Origin: a virus
Lineage: Duplodnaviria; Caudoviricetes
DNA: 42,462 nucleotides
Virus record (IMG/VR): IMGVR_UViG_3300007508_000012
Coordinates: 1 to 42,462 of that record
Reading direction: 5' to 3' (one strand)
Shown here: positions 8,147 to 18,400 of the stretch, one piece after another
How the letters are laid out: the number at the start of each line of letters is the position of its first letter
Numbering within the stretch: the first letter of the stretch is position 1
The notes under the pieces: model-generated
What the model was told of the DNA's origin: nothing
What the model saw: the letters and a program-made list of their open reading frames with translations, nothing else
The model's database searches: none
Made by a program: the position numbers and the translations under genes

Positions 8147-11100
8147 TATTTATTCCTCTTTTTTAATTCTTCAATTTCTAATGCTTGAGCCTCAACTTTA
8201 TTAGTTAATTCTTTAACTGCTTCAATGAGAGGTGCAACTAAGTGACTATATGCAACCCCATTTGCTTCCCCATCTTCATCAGTATTAACTGCATCTGGAT
8301 AAATTTCTCGAACTTCTTCGGCAATAAGACCAACTGAATGTTTTCCACCGTGTTCTTCATCAAAATCAAATTCTACACCACGTAATTTATTAACATTCTC
8401 TAGAGAATTTTCTAAAGTTGATATATTAGTTTTCCATCTACGAGAAGATGATTCTGTAACTTCACCAGTGATATCAATGCCGGAATATGAGGTTGATAGT
8501 TTATCGGCTCCTCCATAATAAAGACGGGTCCAGGCGTCATCTGCAGCATAAAGGATCCAACCATAATCTGCACGAATACCAGCACCACCATAGGCATAGT
8601 GTATAAATTCTAATTTACCACTATGAATTGAATATCCAGCCCAACCATTTTTTTCATATGATACATTAACACTTCCATAGCTACCTAAAGATGTATTTAC
8701 CCTACCACCATCATTAGTATAATTAGTGATATTTCCACTATGAATGACTGAATATACCTCACTAGAATCATCCTCTATTATAAACTGTTGATCAATTACA
8801 TCCCACCCAAATGTTCTCCAAGTACTATTAGAATCATCATAGTAGTGACTCAGCGATGATTCTAATGCCGAGATATTATTCCCACCAATATATAAATTAC
8901 TCTTAACTGTTAATCCGCCAGAGATTACACCACCAGTGAATGGTAGATATGGATGAGAATGTTCTAATGCATATCTTCCATCAAGATCAACTGTTCTCTC
9001 TGCACCATCTGATCGGTGTAAAGTAAGACGACCATTTCCAGTATCAAATAATGCCATATAAATATAATAGTTATCAGTCCAAGAAGCTGGAACATTTGTT
9101 GCTTTAGCGCAATTTAAATTACCAGATGCATCAATTGCCCAATGAGTACCAGAGCCAGTATCAATTCCAAGTTTTCCTGAAATTATTAATCCACTATTAT
9201 CTGTTCTATATCTTTCATAACCATTATAGTATCCTGTTAGAACACCATTGCCCATCTGTAGATGTATAAGTTTCGAATTAGTTTTGTTATAGAAACTTGT
9301 ATTTCCATAACCACTTGTATTATAGAATTCCCAAGTAGACTGATCAGCAGAGAGATCTTTAACATATAAATTATCATCAATAGTAACTGTACTAGTTGCT
9401 GAACGTAATGTTAAGTTGCTACCACCACTAGATGTAATAGTAGTGCCATCTAATGATAGTTGATCAAAGTAACCATTCGCACCAGTAATATTACCACTAG
9501 ATACTAAATCATAACACGTTAAGCTATCAGTAACTTCAACTTTACCAGCCCCATTTGCATTGAGATAAAGACTTTGATTCGATCCTGTACTACTAATAGT
9601 AGAAGTAGATAGTGACATACCCATTATATAAGCAGTATTATCTACAGTTAATGTACCATCAATAATTGTATTAGTATCAATCTTAATTTTACCACTTCCG
9701 TGAGCATCAATATGAAGATCGCCATTACTATTTTGTGTAGTAATAGTATTACCATCAATCTTAATATTATCAAGATATGTAATACCATCAACATCAAGAG
9801 TATCATCAATAGATACTACACCAGATCCATTTGCTGATAATTCAAGATTACCATTACTATTTTGTGTAGTAATAGTATTACCATCAATCTTAATATTATC
9901 AAGATATGTAATACCATCAACATCAAGAGTATCATCAATATTAATAACTCCACTTCCGTTAGCAGAAAGTGTTAGACTACCATTACTATTAGTTGTTGAA
10001 ATTGTATTACCATCAATACGTATATTATCAACATCTAATCTAGCACTAATTGAAACATTATCAGATGTTGTAATATCATTTCCAGCTGCATCTAACGTTA
10101 GATCACCAGATGTTGTTGAAATTGTATTACCATCGAGTTTGATATTATCAACAGTGATATAAGTGTTACAATTTACACCATCAAGCAACTGAATAATGTT
10201 GCCACCATCAGCATAAATTTGAAGATCTGTATTGTTGATTGATCTAATTGTATTACCATCAAGTTCAATATTATCAATTCTCATATATGGAGCTGTAATG
10301 TTTCCACCTAATGTAATACCACCAGCATTGATTGTACCAGCTACATCAACATTTCCAGTTGTCCAAAGATCGTGTAGATAAAGATCTCCAGTACCCATCT
10401 CAATGTTATAATCATTAGTATTTATCTTGGTATAAGTATGAATAGCATCATTAAGTATTGCAATCTTTGTTGCATTTTGTCTCTTAATAAATACGTCACC
10501 TACTGCACCAGACTCAATAACAATATCACCACTAGAATTAGCAACTTCATTACCAAATAGTGCAATTGTAGCACCTCTCGCATTAGTTACATCTCCACCA
10601 CCAGCAATTCTAAGTGCTTTATTATCACTTCCATCAGCTGTGTTATTGTAGATATCAAACCAATTTCCACTCGAACTACCAACTATTGTTGAATTACTAG
10701 ATCCATTAAATGCTATACTATTTTCAGGACGAATAACACCATTCACTTCTAAATCAGAAGCGATAGATGCATTAGAACTAATAGTTGTTGTACCATCAAT
10801 TGTTGCTGTTCCATCAACATTAAGATTTGAATCAACATCTAGAGTCTGTTTGATATTAACATTATCTTCAATAACAACATTATTATTGCTAGAATTAATT
10901 GTCAATCCACCAGATGTTGTTGTAATTGTATTACCATCAAAATTGATGTTGTCAACTCTAAATTGACTAGATGCCTTCCAAAGATCATCAGCTTCAATCC
11001 ATTGTAATGTTGCATTAGATAAATCACCACGTTCTACTTCAAGACCAGAATCTAATGTTGGTGTTCCTGTAACATTCTTATTAAGAACTACAATATTATC

Positions 11101-14100
11101 TTCAACTGTCAATGTTGAAGTATTTAATGTTACTGTATCACCGTGTACTGTAAGATTACCATCAATAACAGTATTTCCAGATACATTTAGATTATCATTA
11201 ACATTAACATTACCACCATTTGAATCAAGATTTAGATCACCAGATAATGTATCAATAGTGTTTGTATCTAATCTAATATTATCAACTTCTAAATTATTAC
11301 TTGTAATTCTTAATCTATCATTTGTCCAAGTACCACGTGTTTGTCCACCAATTACAAAGTATAACTCATCATCATTTTCACAATATAATTTAGTGTTAGC
11401 ATCACGATCAAAGTAGATTGGATATCCTTGTTGAGATTGTGTATCATCAACAAAATAATCATCGTGCATACCAAGCGATAGACCACCAATTGGTATAAGA
11501 GTAACACCCGCATCACCCCAAATTGTTAATGAACCACGAACCTCTAAATCATCTTCAACTTTAACTGTTGAATGTTGAGTAATAGAATTTACTGTTCTTG
11601 ATCTTGATCCAATATAAATTTCTGAGTTATAATCCATTCCAGATGGATCAGCATTATAACCAATATTAATTCTTTCTGCGCTTGCTGCAATATCAGCGAT
11701 ATCTCTAGAACCAGTATCAATCGTAATATTTCTACTAGCACCGATTGACAAATCATTTGAATTAGCACTAATGAATTGATTATCATTTACCCAAGTCAAT
11801 TTAGCATTAGCTGACATATCAATATCACCTTCGATATCAATATCACCCTCTAAATCAATCTTCGTATGAACATATAGATTTGCAAATTTTTCATCTGCTG
11901 TACCCAAGTCAATTTCATTATTTGCATTAGGTGTAATAGAAGAAACAAAATCACCTTTAGGATCGATTGTTTGTGTTCTATCGTCACCAAGAATAACGTT
12001 ATTATGTACAGTTAGATCTATATCAATATCAGTAGATCCACCAATATTTACATCACCAACAATTCCAGTACCACCAGCAACTCTTAATGACCCAGATGTA
12101 TTATCTATTGAAGCTGTAGTATCGTGAATTTCAACATCATCTAAATATGCTGTTGAATCAACATATAGATTTTTAAATTCTTTTGTTGAAGATCCAAGAT
12201 TAATTGCATTATCTGTATTCGGCTCAAAGTGACCATTAGATTGTACATTTAATCTTCTAACACCATTTGTCCAGAATTCTAATACATCTTGATCTCCACC
12301 TGTAGTTTCTTCAGCTCTAATGAATGTATCATTGTCTGTATCTCTAGTTCCCTCAAGAGATCTAAAGTTTACTCCATCAAATCCTTCAAAATTAGATGTG
12401 TCAGTATTAAATCTAATATGACCAACTTCAGCTAGAGGTTGTGACCAATAACCAGTAGTCCATACACCACCAGACAGTAAGCAATTTTCTTGAGTAGTAA
12501 GAGCATTTCCATCAACATCATATGGCATTACACATTGATAATTAATTGAGTGATTTTCTGCCCACGCTCCCCCTGATCCTTCACAAGATGCTTGTGTATC
12601 AGCTAAAATATGACATTGACCTTCACCTAAGCAGTTTGTTTTTGTGTCAATCTGAGAATCACCAGTTACACTATACCAAGTTTGATCTGGATTAACAGGA
12701 TCTGCTTCTGATTGATAAGTGTGACCAGTAGTAAGTGTACAAGTACCCCAGCGAGCTGGTGGTACTGTAGCATCATCACTACCATTAATAAATTCAGAAT
12801 GATTTTCGTGCCAAGGCTCGATAGATTCGGGACCAGTCGGTAATACTAAACCACCATTACCACCGATCTTAATATTCGCTACACCTTTATTAGCAATAAG
12901 TACTAGATCTTTATCATCATCTTTAATTGTGAATGCTGTATTTCTAACAGTGAATCCATCAAATGATACTTCACCCTCAAGAGATAGATTGTTTTGTGCA
13001 ATAAAGCTAATATTATAACCACCAAAGTTAATATCACTTTCACCAGAATTAACATCCATATCGTGACCAACCCCACCAGCCATATTTGATGTGATTGTTA
13101 CTGCATTTTGTGATTGTAATGAAGCTGTCTGAATAGCTGTTAATGTTACGTCAGTACCATCAGCAGTATATGTAGTTGCATTAACATCATAAATATTTGT
13201 ATTCGATACATAAGAATCAGCATCAACATTCACTAATGTTGTTACATCATTACCTAGATTTACTGTACCAGAGTCTGAATATATGTTTAATGTAACATCA
13301 CCATATACATCATTTCCATTTGCCCATACATTATCAACATTTAGCTTTTCACTAATATTCCAGTAATCACCATTTGTATCATTTACCCAAGTGATAGTAT
13401 GATCAGTGTCACCGTGTAGAGTAATACCGCCGCCATTTGCTGTTGTATCAGTTGGTGTAGTTACATTACCAAGTTCAATGTTCTTATCTTCTACGACCAT
13501 TGTTGCAACTTCAATAGTTGTAGTATCACCCTGTACTATTAGATCTCCAGTGATTGTTACATTATCACCAAAAGTAACTTCTGATGATGAATGTCCGATA
13601 GTAACAGGAACCCCACTAGAATTTGTACCTATATTGATTCCAGTTGTACCATCAACAGTTACAGTATCACCGTCAACATCAACATCACCGAACGCATTTA
13701 ATTCTAGATCTCCACCAGTGGATTCAATAGTTGATGTATTAGTACCAGCTACATTGAATGTAGTAGCATCAATATCAATAGTTGTTGCATCAACATCTAG
13801 AGTTTGGCCTGATGCATCAATAATTGTTGTCGCATTATTACCTGAAATAGTGACACCATCATCACCAGAAATAGTTAATCTTCCAGATGATGTATTAACA
13901 CTTGATGATTGATCACCGGTGATTGTAGTAGAACCAATAGAGTGAATATCAATATTATTTTGTGCTAATACATTAACATTAGTAGTTGTTTCACTACCAC
14001 CAATATTTACTAATGATGTTCCATCTAATTGAATTGTATCAGCATCAATATCTACTTCATTACCAGCAGATATATTAACATCAGTAGAAGTCGCACTAAT

Positions 14101-15210
14101 ATTTACTGTTCTTCCAGCAGTGTTATTGATATCTTGATTGGCATTTTCTATAATATCTTGCGAAGTAGTTGTTGTCTCTGATCCAGTAAATGATCCAAAT
14201 GAATTAATACCATATGCTTCAAGATTACCATTAATAGAATTAACTTTGATATCACCATTAATAGCTACAATTTCAGTATCAAATTGTGAACTTATATCAA
14301 CATTAATTCCAGATGTTATTGTAGTTGAAGCAGTTGAATTCACATCAATAATAGTACCATTGATTGTAACACCACTATTTTGAATTTCATAATCATTAGA
14401 AGAAATTGTTAGCATTCCTCCAACTGTAATATTAGATGCATCACCAACATTAAAGTTAAACGCATTTGATCCAGCAACATTAAATATACCATCATCTGTA
14501 TCAATTGACACTTGATCCATTCTAGTATGACCATCAACCCATAAATCTCTCCACTCTTGAGTAGAAGAACCTAAGTCGTATGTATCATCATTATCTGGAA
14601 TAATATTTGAGTCGATATCAGCGCCAAATACAACATTATCGGTATTAGCATCACCAAATGTAATTGTTCCACCAGTTCCTTCTTGTGCTAAGAAATTAAT
14701 ATCACCTTTAACATTAAGATTTCCAGCAATACCAACGCCACCATCTACAACTAATGCACCAGTTGTATAAGATGTTGATTCTTGAGTACTAAAAACGTGT
14801 ACTCTTGACATTGAATGATCGAGTGCAGGAGTTCCAGCAATTGTTTCACCACCAGTCACTTCAAGAATTGTTAGATTATTATTCTTGAATTTTGTTTTAT
14901 GAGGAGTCCAAATATGTCCCGAATTTTCACACGATTCTCTATGCGGATGTGTAGATGACCAAGTACCATTTGCCTGTGAACAAGTTGTTGCTGTTGGTAA
15001 TATACCCTCATCTAATAAGACAGAACAATTTCCTGCTGTATTCCAATCATCACACGATCCAGATGCAATAAATAATCCATTTAATTGATCTTCAGTATCA
15101 ATTTTAAGACGATATTCATCTACAGTGTCCATTATTTTATTTGTTTCAGATCTCCATAGATCGAATGTGTCATCAACTGTAATTCTTTGTAAGTAATGTG
15201 TCCAGGCCAT
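8146..15210 (-). CDS. Very long tail fibre with C-terminal intramolecular chaperone (peptidase S74-type)
   Basis: 2354 aa. N-terminal DTFDLWRSETN anchor, extensive beta-repeats including ~9 DNIxxDGNTI units, and C-terminal SSSRRWKTNI...LRGVEF...GLIAEEV...YP..V...Y..LVAPLIEAVKEL plus coiled coil (8146-8451). Confidence 0.88.
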   Translation of the reverse strand: MAWTHYLQRITVDDTFDLWRSETNKIMDTVDEYRLKIDTEDQLNGLFIASGSCDDWNTAGNCSVLLDEGILPTATTCSQANGTWSSTHPHRESCENSGHIWTPHKTKFKNNNLTILEVTGGETIAGTPALDHSMSRVHVFSTQESTSYTTGALVVDGGVGIAGNLNVKGDINFLAQEGTGGTITFGDANTDNVVFGADIDSNIIPDNDDTYDLGSSTQEWRDLWVDGHTRMDQVSIDTDDGIFNVAGSNAFNFNVGDASNITVGGMLTISSNDYEIQNSGVTINGTIIDVNSTASTTITSGINVDISSQFDTEIVAINGDIKVNSINGNLEAYGINSFGSFTGSETTTTSQDIIENANQDINNTAGRTVNISATSTDVNISAGNEVDIDADTIQLDGTSLVNIGGSETTTNVNVLAQNNIDIHSIGSTTITGDQSSSVNTSSGRLTISGDDGVTISGNNATTIIDASGQTLDVDATTIDIDATTFNVAGTNTSTIESTGGDLELNAFGDVDVDGDTVTVDGTTGINIGTNSSGVPVTIGHSSSEVTFGDNVTITGDLIVQGDTTTIEVATMVVEDKNIELGNVTTPTDTTANGGGITLHGDTDHTITWVNDTNGDYWNISEKLNVDNVWANGNDVYGDVTLNIYSDSGTVNLGNDVTTLVNVDADSYVSNTNIYDVNATTYTADGTDVTLTAIQTASLQSQNAVTITSNMAGGVGHDMDVNSGESDINFGGYNISFIAQNNLSLEGEVSFDGFTVRNTAFTIKDDDKDLVLIANKGVANIKIGGNGGLVLPTGPESIEPWHENHSEFINGSDDATVPPARWGTCTLTTGHTYQSEADPVNPDQTWYSVTGDSQIDTKTNCLGEGQCHILADTQASCEGSGGAWAENHSINYQCVMPYDVDGNALTTQENCLLSGGVWTTGYWSQPLAEVGHIRFNTDTSNFEGFDGVNFRSLEGTRDTDNDTFIRAEETTGGDQDVLEFWTNGVRRLNVQSNGHFEPNTDNAINLGSSTKEFKNLYVDSTAYLDDVEIHDTTASIDNTSGSLRVAGGTGIVGDVNIGGSTDIDIDLTVHNNVILGDDRTQTIDPKGDFVSSITPNANNEIDLGTADEKFANLYVHTKIDLEGDIDIEGDIDMSANAKLTWVNDNQFISANSNDLSIGASRNITIDTGSRDIADIAASAERINIGYNADPSGMDYNSEIYIGSRSRTVNSITQHSTVKVEDDLEVRGSLTIWGDAGVTLIPIGGLSLGMHDDYFVDDTQSQQGYPIYFDRDANTKLYCENDDELYFVIGGQTRGTWTNDRLRITSNNLEVDNIRLDTNTIDTLSGDLNLDSNGGNVNVNDNLNVSGNTVIDGNLTVHGDTVTLNTSTLTVEDNIVVLNKNVTGTPTLDSGLEVERGDLSNATLQWIEADDLWKASSQFRVDNINFDGNTITTTSGGLTINSSNNNVVIEDNVNIKQTLDVDSNLNVDGTATIDGTTTISSNASIASDLEVNGVIRPENSIAFNGSSNSTIVGSSSGNWFDIYNNTADGSDNKALRIAGGGDVTNARGATIALFGNEVANSSGDIVIESGAVGDVFIKRQNATKIAILNDAIHTYTKINTNDYNIEMGTGDLYLHDLWTTGNVDVAGTINAGGITLGGNITAPYMRIDNIELDGNTIRSINNTDLQIYADGGNIIQLLDGVNCNTYITVDNIKLDGNTISTTSGDLTLDAAGNDITTSDNVSISARLDVDNIRIDGNTISTTNSNGSLTLSANGSGVINIDDTLDVDGITYLDNIKIDGNTITTQNSNGNLELSANGSGVVSIDDTLDVDGITYLDNIKIDGNTITTQNSNGDLHIDAHGSGKIKIDTNTIIDGTLTVDNTAYIMGMSLSTSTISSTGSNQSLYLNANGAGKVEVTDSLTCYDLVSSGNITGANGYFDQLSLDGTTITSSGGSNLTLRSATSTVTIDDNLYVKDLSADQSTWEFYNTSGYGNTSFYNKTNSKLIHLQMGNGVLTGYYNGYERYRTDNSGLIISGKLGIDTGSGTHWAIDASGNLNCAKATNVPASWTDNYYIYMALFDTGNGRLTLHRSDGAERTVDLDGRYALEHSHPYLPFTGGVISGGLTVKSNLYIGGNNISALESSLSHYYDDSNSTWRTFGWDVIDQQFIIEDDSSEVYSVIHSGNITNYTNDGGRVNTSLGSYGSVNVSYEKNGWAGYSIHSGKLEFIHYAYGGAGIRADYGWILYAADDAWTRLYYGGADKLSTSYSGIDITGEVTESSSRRWKTNISTLENSLENVNKLRGVEFDFDEEHGGKHSVGLIAEEVREIYPDAVNTDEDGEANGVAYSHLVAPLIEAVKELTNKVEAQALEIEELKKRNK
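9722..9940. repeat. Exact 90-bp direct repeat, period 129 bp (9722-9811 and 9851-9940)
   Basis: Both copies compared base by base; each encodes IDDTLDVDGITYLDNIKIDGNTITTQNSNG. Confidence 0.95.
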
Positions 15211-15215
15211 CGTTT

Positions 15216-15419
15216 TTATTCCTTATTGATAAGTTGCGATACGATCTCTCTTAACTGTTCAATCTCGTTCTTCATAATATTTATAGTGTCTTGATTAGAT
15301 TTATTCTCTAGATATTCGTTCCTTCTATTAATAACTCTCTCATATTCTAAATCGTCTGTGAAAATGAGAGCATTACTATTAGAATCTCTATACCCATTCA
15401 TTCCTTCTATTAATTTCAT
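15216..15419 (-). CDS. Small coiled-coil virion-associated protein
   Basis: 67 aa with RDSNSNALI..D..EY and a C-terminal heptad repeat. Size and position after the DUF4815-like gene match the arrangement in marine T4-like phages as I recall it. Confidence 0.65.
   Translation of the reverse strand: MKLIEGMNGYRDSNSNALIFTDDLEYERVINRRNEYLENKSNQDTINIMKNEIEQLREIVSQLINKE
15278..15285 (-). promoter_or_regulatory. T4-type late promoter (TATAAATA) for the long fibre
   Basis: Exact consensus inside the 67-aa gene, 68 nt upstream of the ATG at 15210. Confidence 0.55.
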
Positions 15420-15420
15420 A

Positions 15421-18400
15421 TTATGCTGTAATTGCTATTGATCTTAAATTCTTTACTATAGGAACATCTAGAGGATCTTCAGCAACAATTTCAATTTTCA
15501 CTCTAAATGTTGAGAATGAATTATGAGTAAATGCTGCCTTTCTATGAAGATCATCTGTCTGTAAATCTCTTAAATATGATGGTACACTTGGAACTAGTTC
15601 CCATTCACTAAATTGTTCTCCAGGGTGAAGTACTACAGAAGATGCTGTTAGTGAAGAATCTCTCATAATAAGATCTCCCACTTCAGGATTACCAGAGCCA
15701 CCATTACTAGATCCAGTATGTATATCTTCAGCAGTTAGTTCTTTACCGAGATCAGTTTGTAGCATCATTGGTTTCCATTCTAATTGAGTTTCATTAGAGA
15801 TAACTCTTGCTAGTGGTGCTGTAATATCTGCACCTTGACCCTGTGAATCAAACTCTACGTGACGAATACCTTCACCATTAACATACATTGGATGAATCCA
15901 AATCTTTTTAGGAGTAGATCCATCATTATTATGTGTCAATATAAATCCTTTATCATCCTCTGCCGCATCATTAATTTCAGATAGATATAATCTACCCTTA
16001 ATACCGTGATGATCCAGACTAGTAGGATCTGAATCTTTATACTCAGTGATTTCATAAGATTCAATAATAGCATAAGAATCCCAAGTTTGTGTTTCTGCTT
16101 CATATGCTGAGTATGTTGGTTCAGCGTTATCACTAGTAGTAATAACAATAATATTTCTATATGATTCTAATGCCAGATATGTTTGTGCAATATCAGAACG
16201 ACAATCAATTTCAATATATTGTTGTGGAGCACCATCTGTGTTATAATAGAATCTTACATCTCCACCACTAATACCTTCCATTACGGATGCGTATATACGT
16301 AGTGAATTTGCAGGTTTATTAAGTGTAACTGGTTTAGTAATGTATATACCAGGAATACGATCACCAGCAATCAATTCTCTTCCGTCCCCAGCAAATACTT
16401 TTGCTTGATTACCAAGATATTGAGTACCACTTAACTTCTCATAGTAATGAGTAAGATTATTTTCTAATATAAGATTTGTTCTTTCTCTTGCAATGAATGG
16501 AGTTATGTTATCATATTTAGATGCCAGCGTACCTCTCAAGAAGATTGGTTTAGCTTTCATTCTTTCAATTTCAGTTGAATCAGTATTACTAGCTTCTGAA
16601 TCAATGAATGACATTCTTCCATTGAAATTGTCTTTAACACCAGCTTTTAATGTCGTCCAATTAAATCCATCTGTACTCCACTCCCAACCAATTGCAGTAT
16701 TTTCTGGCTCGGCTTGAGTTGTGTTTAATAGATATGTTGTTGCATCAATTCCTTCAAATAATTTATAATCATCAAATCCTGCCCCTATACCAACTTTAGG
16801 TGTTAGAATTACTTGTGCAAGTTTATCATTATCAAATTTACATCTATTCATCTTAAACATCACATCAGATTCTTGCATTGGATTCCAAGTAGAACCATTC
16901 TGAGACTTAAACATCACACCAATATATGGTTGTTTAGTGATAATATTTCCAGTAGTAACATCAGACTGACCAATTGTTGATGTGAATACTTCATATTCAT
17001 CACAGTCTGATAATAATACAAAACAATATTCTTGAGCAAAGTCTAGATATATTGGGGAAGTAAATGAGAATTTAGTACTTGATGGTACTACTCCAGCATC
17101 ACCAGAAGATGTTACTTTATCTGGATGCAAATTAACAACAGAACCTGGTATTACCATATTAGTAGGAATACCATTTTGCATAGTTCTTAATTCTAATGTC
17201 ACATTAGTATTTTTATTAGGACTACTTGTTGATGGTTTTCTTGAGAACCAGCATTCAATGGAAGATAGATATAAACCCTCTTCGAGTGCCCTGTGCTTAA
17301 TATCACCATTATTATCTCTAACATCTTCAACAAAGTCTGTCAAGAAAGATTGTGCTAGAGGATCTGACCAACGAATGGTTCTAGATCTTGAATCTGTTAC
17401 AATTTGTTGTGTAGTTCTTTCTCTAGAAATCCACTCTTGTTCAACCATTGGTACATCATAAGAAAGAATTGTATCTCTCTTGGTTTGCATAGTACCGAAC
17501 GCTGTATAGTTTGCTTCACCAGCAGTAGTATCAGATGGAGATTGAATTCTAAGAGTCTTTGTACCGACAGAGAATATACCACCTGGCATATGAAATACAC
17601 CTTTAACATTTCCTGATGAGTCAGTTGATAAATGATATTTTTTAGATGTATCATTATCAATAGGATATTCACCAAGAGAATATTTACCAGTAGTAGTATC
17701 ATTCATCATCATATTAATACCATCCCAATCAACAACATCAATTGCTTGTTGACTAATAATCTTATTTGACGGTACTATTTGATCAACACCCTGTCTAGGT
17801 GATGTTATCATTTCCGATAACTCCCAAGGAGTTCTAATTCTTAATTTTAGATCATTTGACTGTGAACCAAAGGTTTTACTTTCCCATTCACTACTCCAAA
17901 TATTCTTCAAGTATGATTTATTAAATCCTTCAGGACCAACAATCTGACTTAAATATATGATAGCTTCACTATTTGCACTATCAGCTACCATACCCATAAT
18001 ATATGCATATGTACCTGACCAAACATCATTGTATATTGTACCAAGACCAGCAACATTCCACTTCATTTGCTTTAAGTTTGCAAATCCGTGGAAATTATCT
18101 CTTCTCGCATCATATGGGAATGTTTTGAAAATCGACCCACCACTATGATCCTCTATTGAAGTATCATTACTATCATCATCAGTGATATATGTAGAAATCC
18201 AAGAATTAGTTAATCTCTCCGATACATAATCAAACGTTTCTTGCCAAGACCAAGTTTTATAATTTGCAATCTTTACTTTGATATATGGCGCTCCAACAAT
18301 CGGATGATTCGCAATATTAGTATCATCTAATTCTTCCACTTTACGTTCATTTAATGTAGGAATTGAATGAGATGTATAATTGATCATATTGATACCATCA

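Noticed and set aside
9722-9940. Exact direct repeats as a CRISPR array or att sites
   Set aside because: Only two 90-bp copies, in frame, within a larger protein repeat array; no cas or integrase genes.
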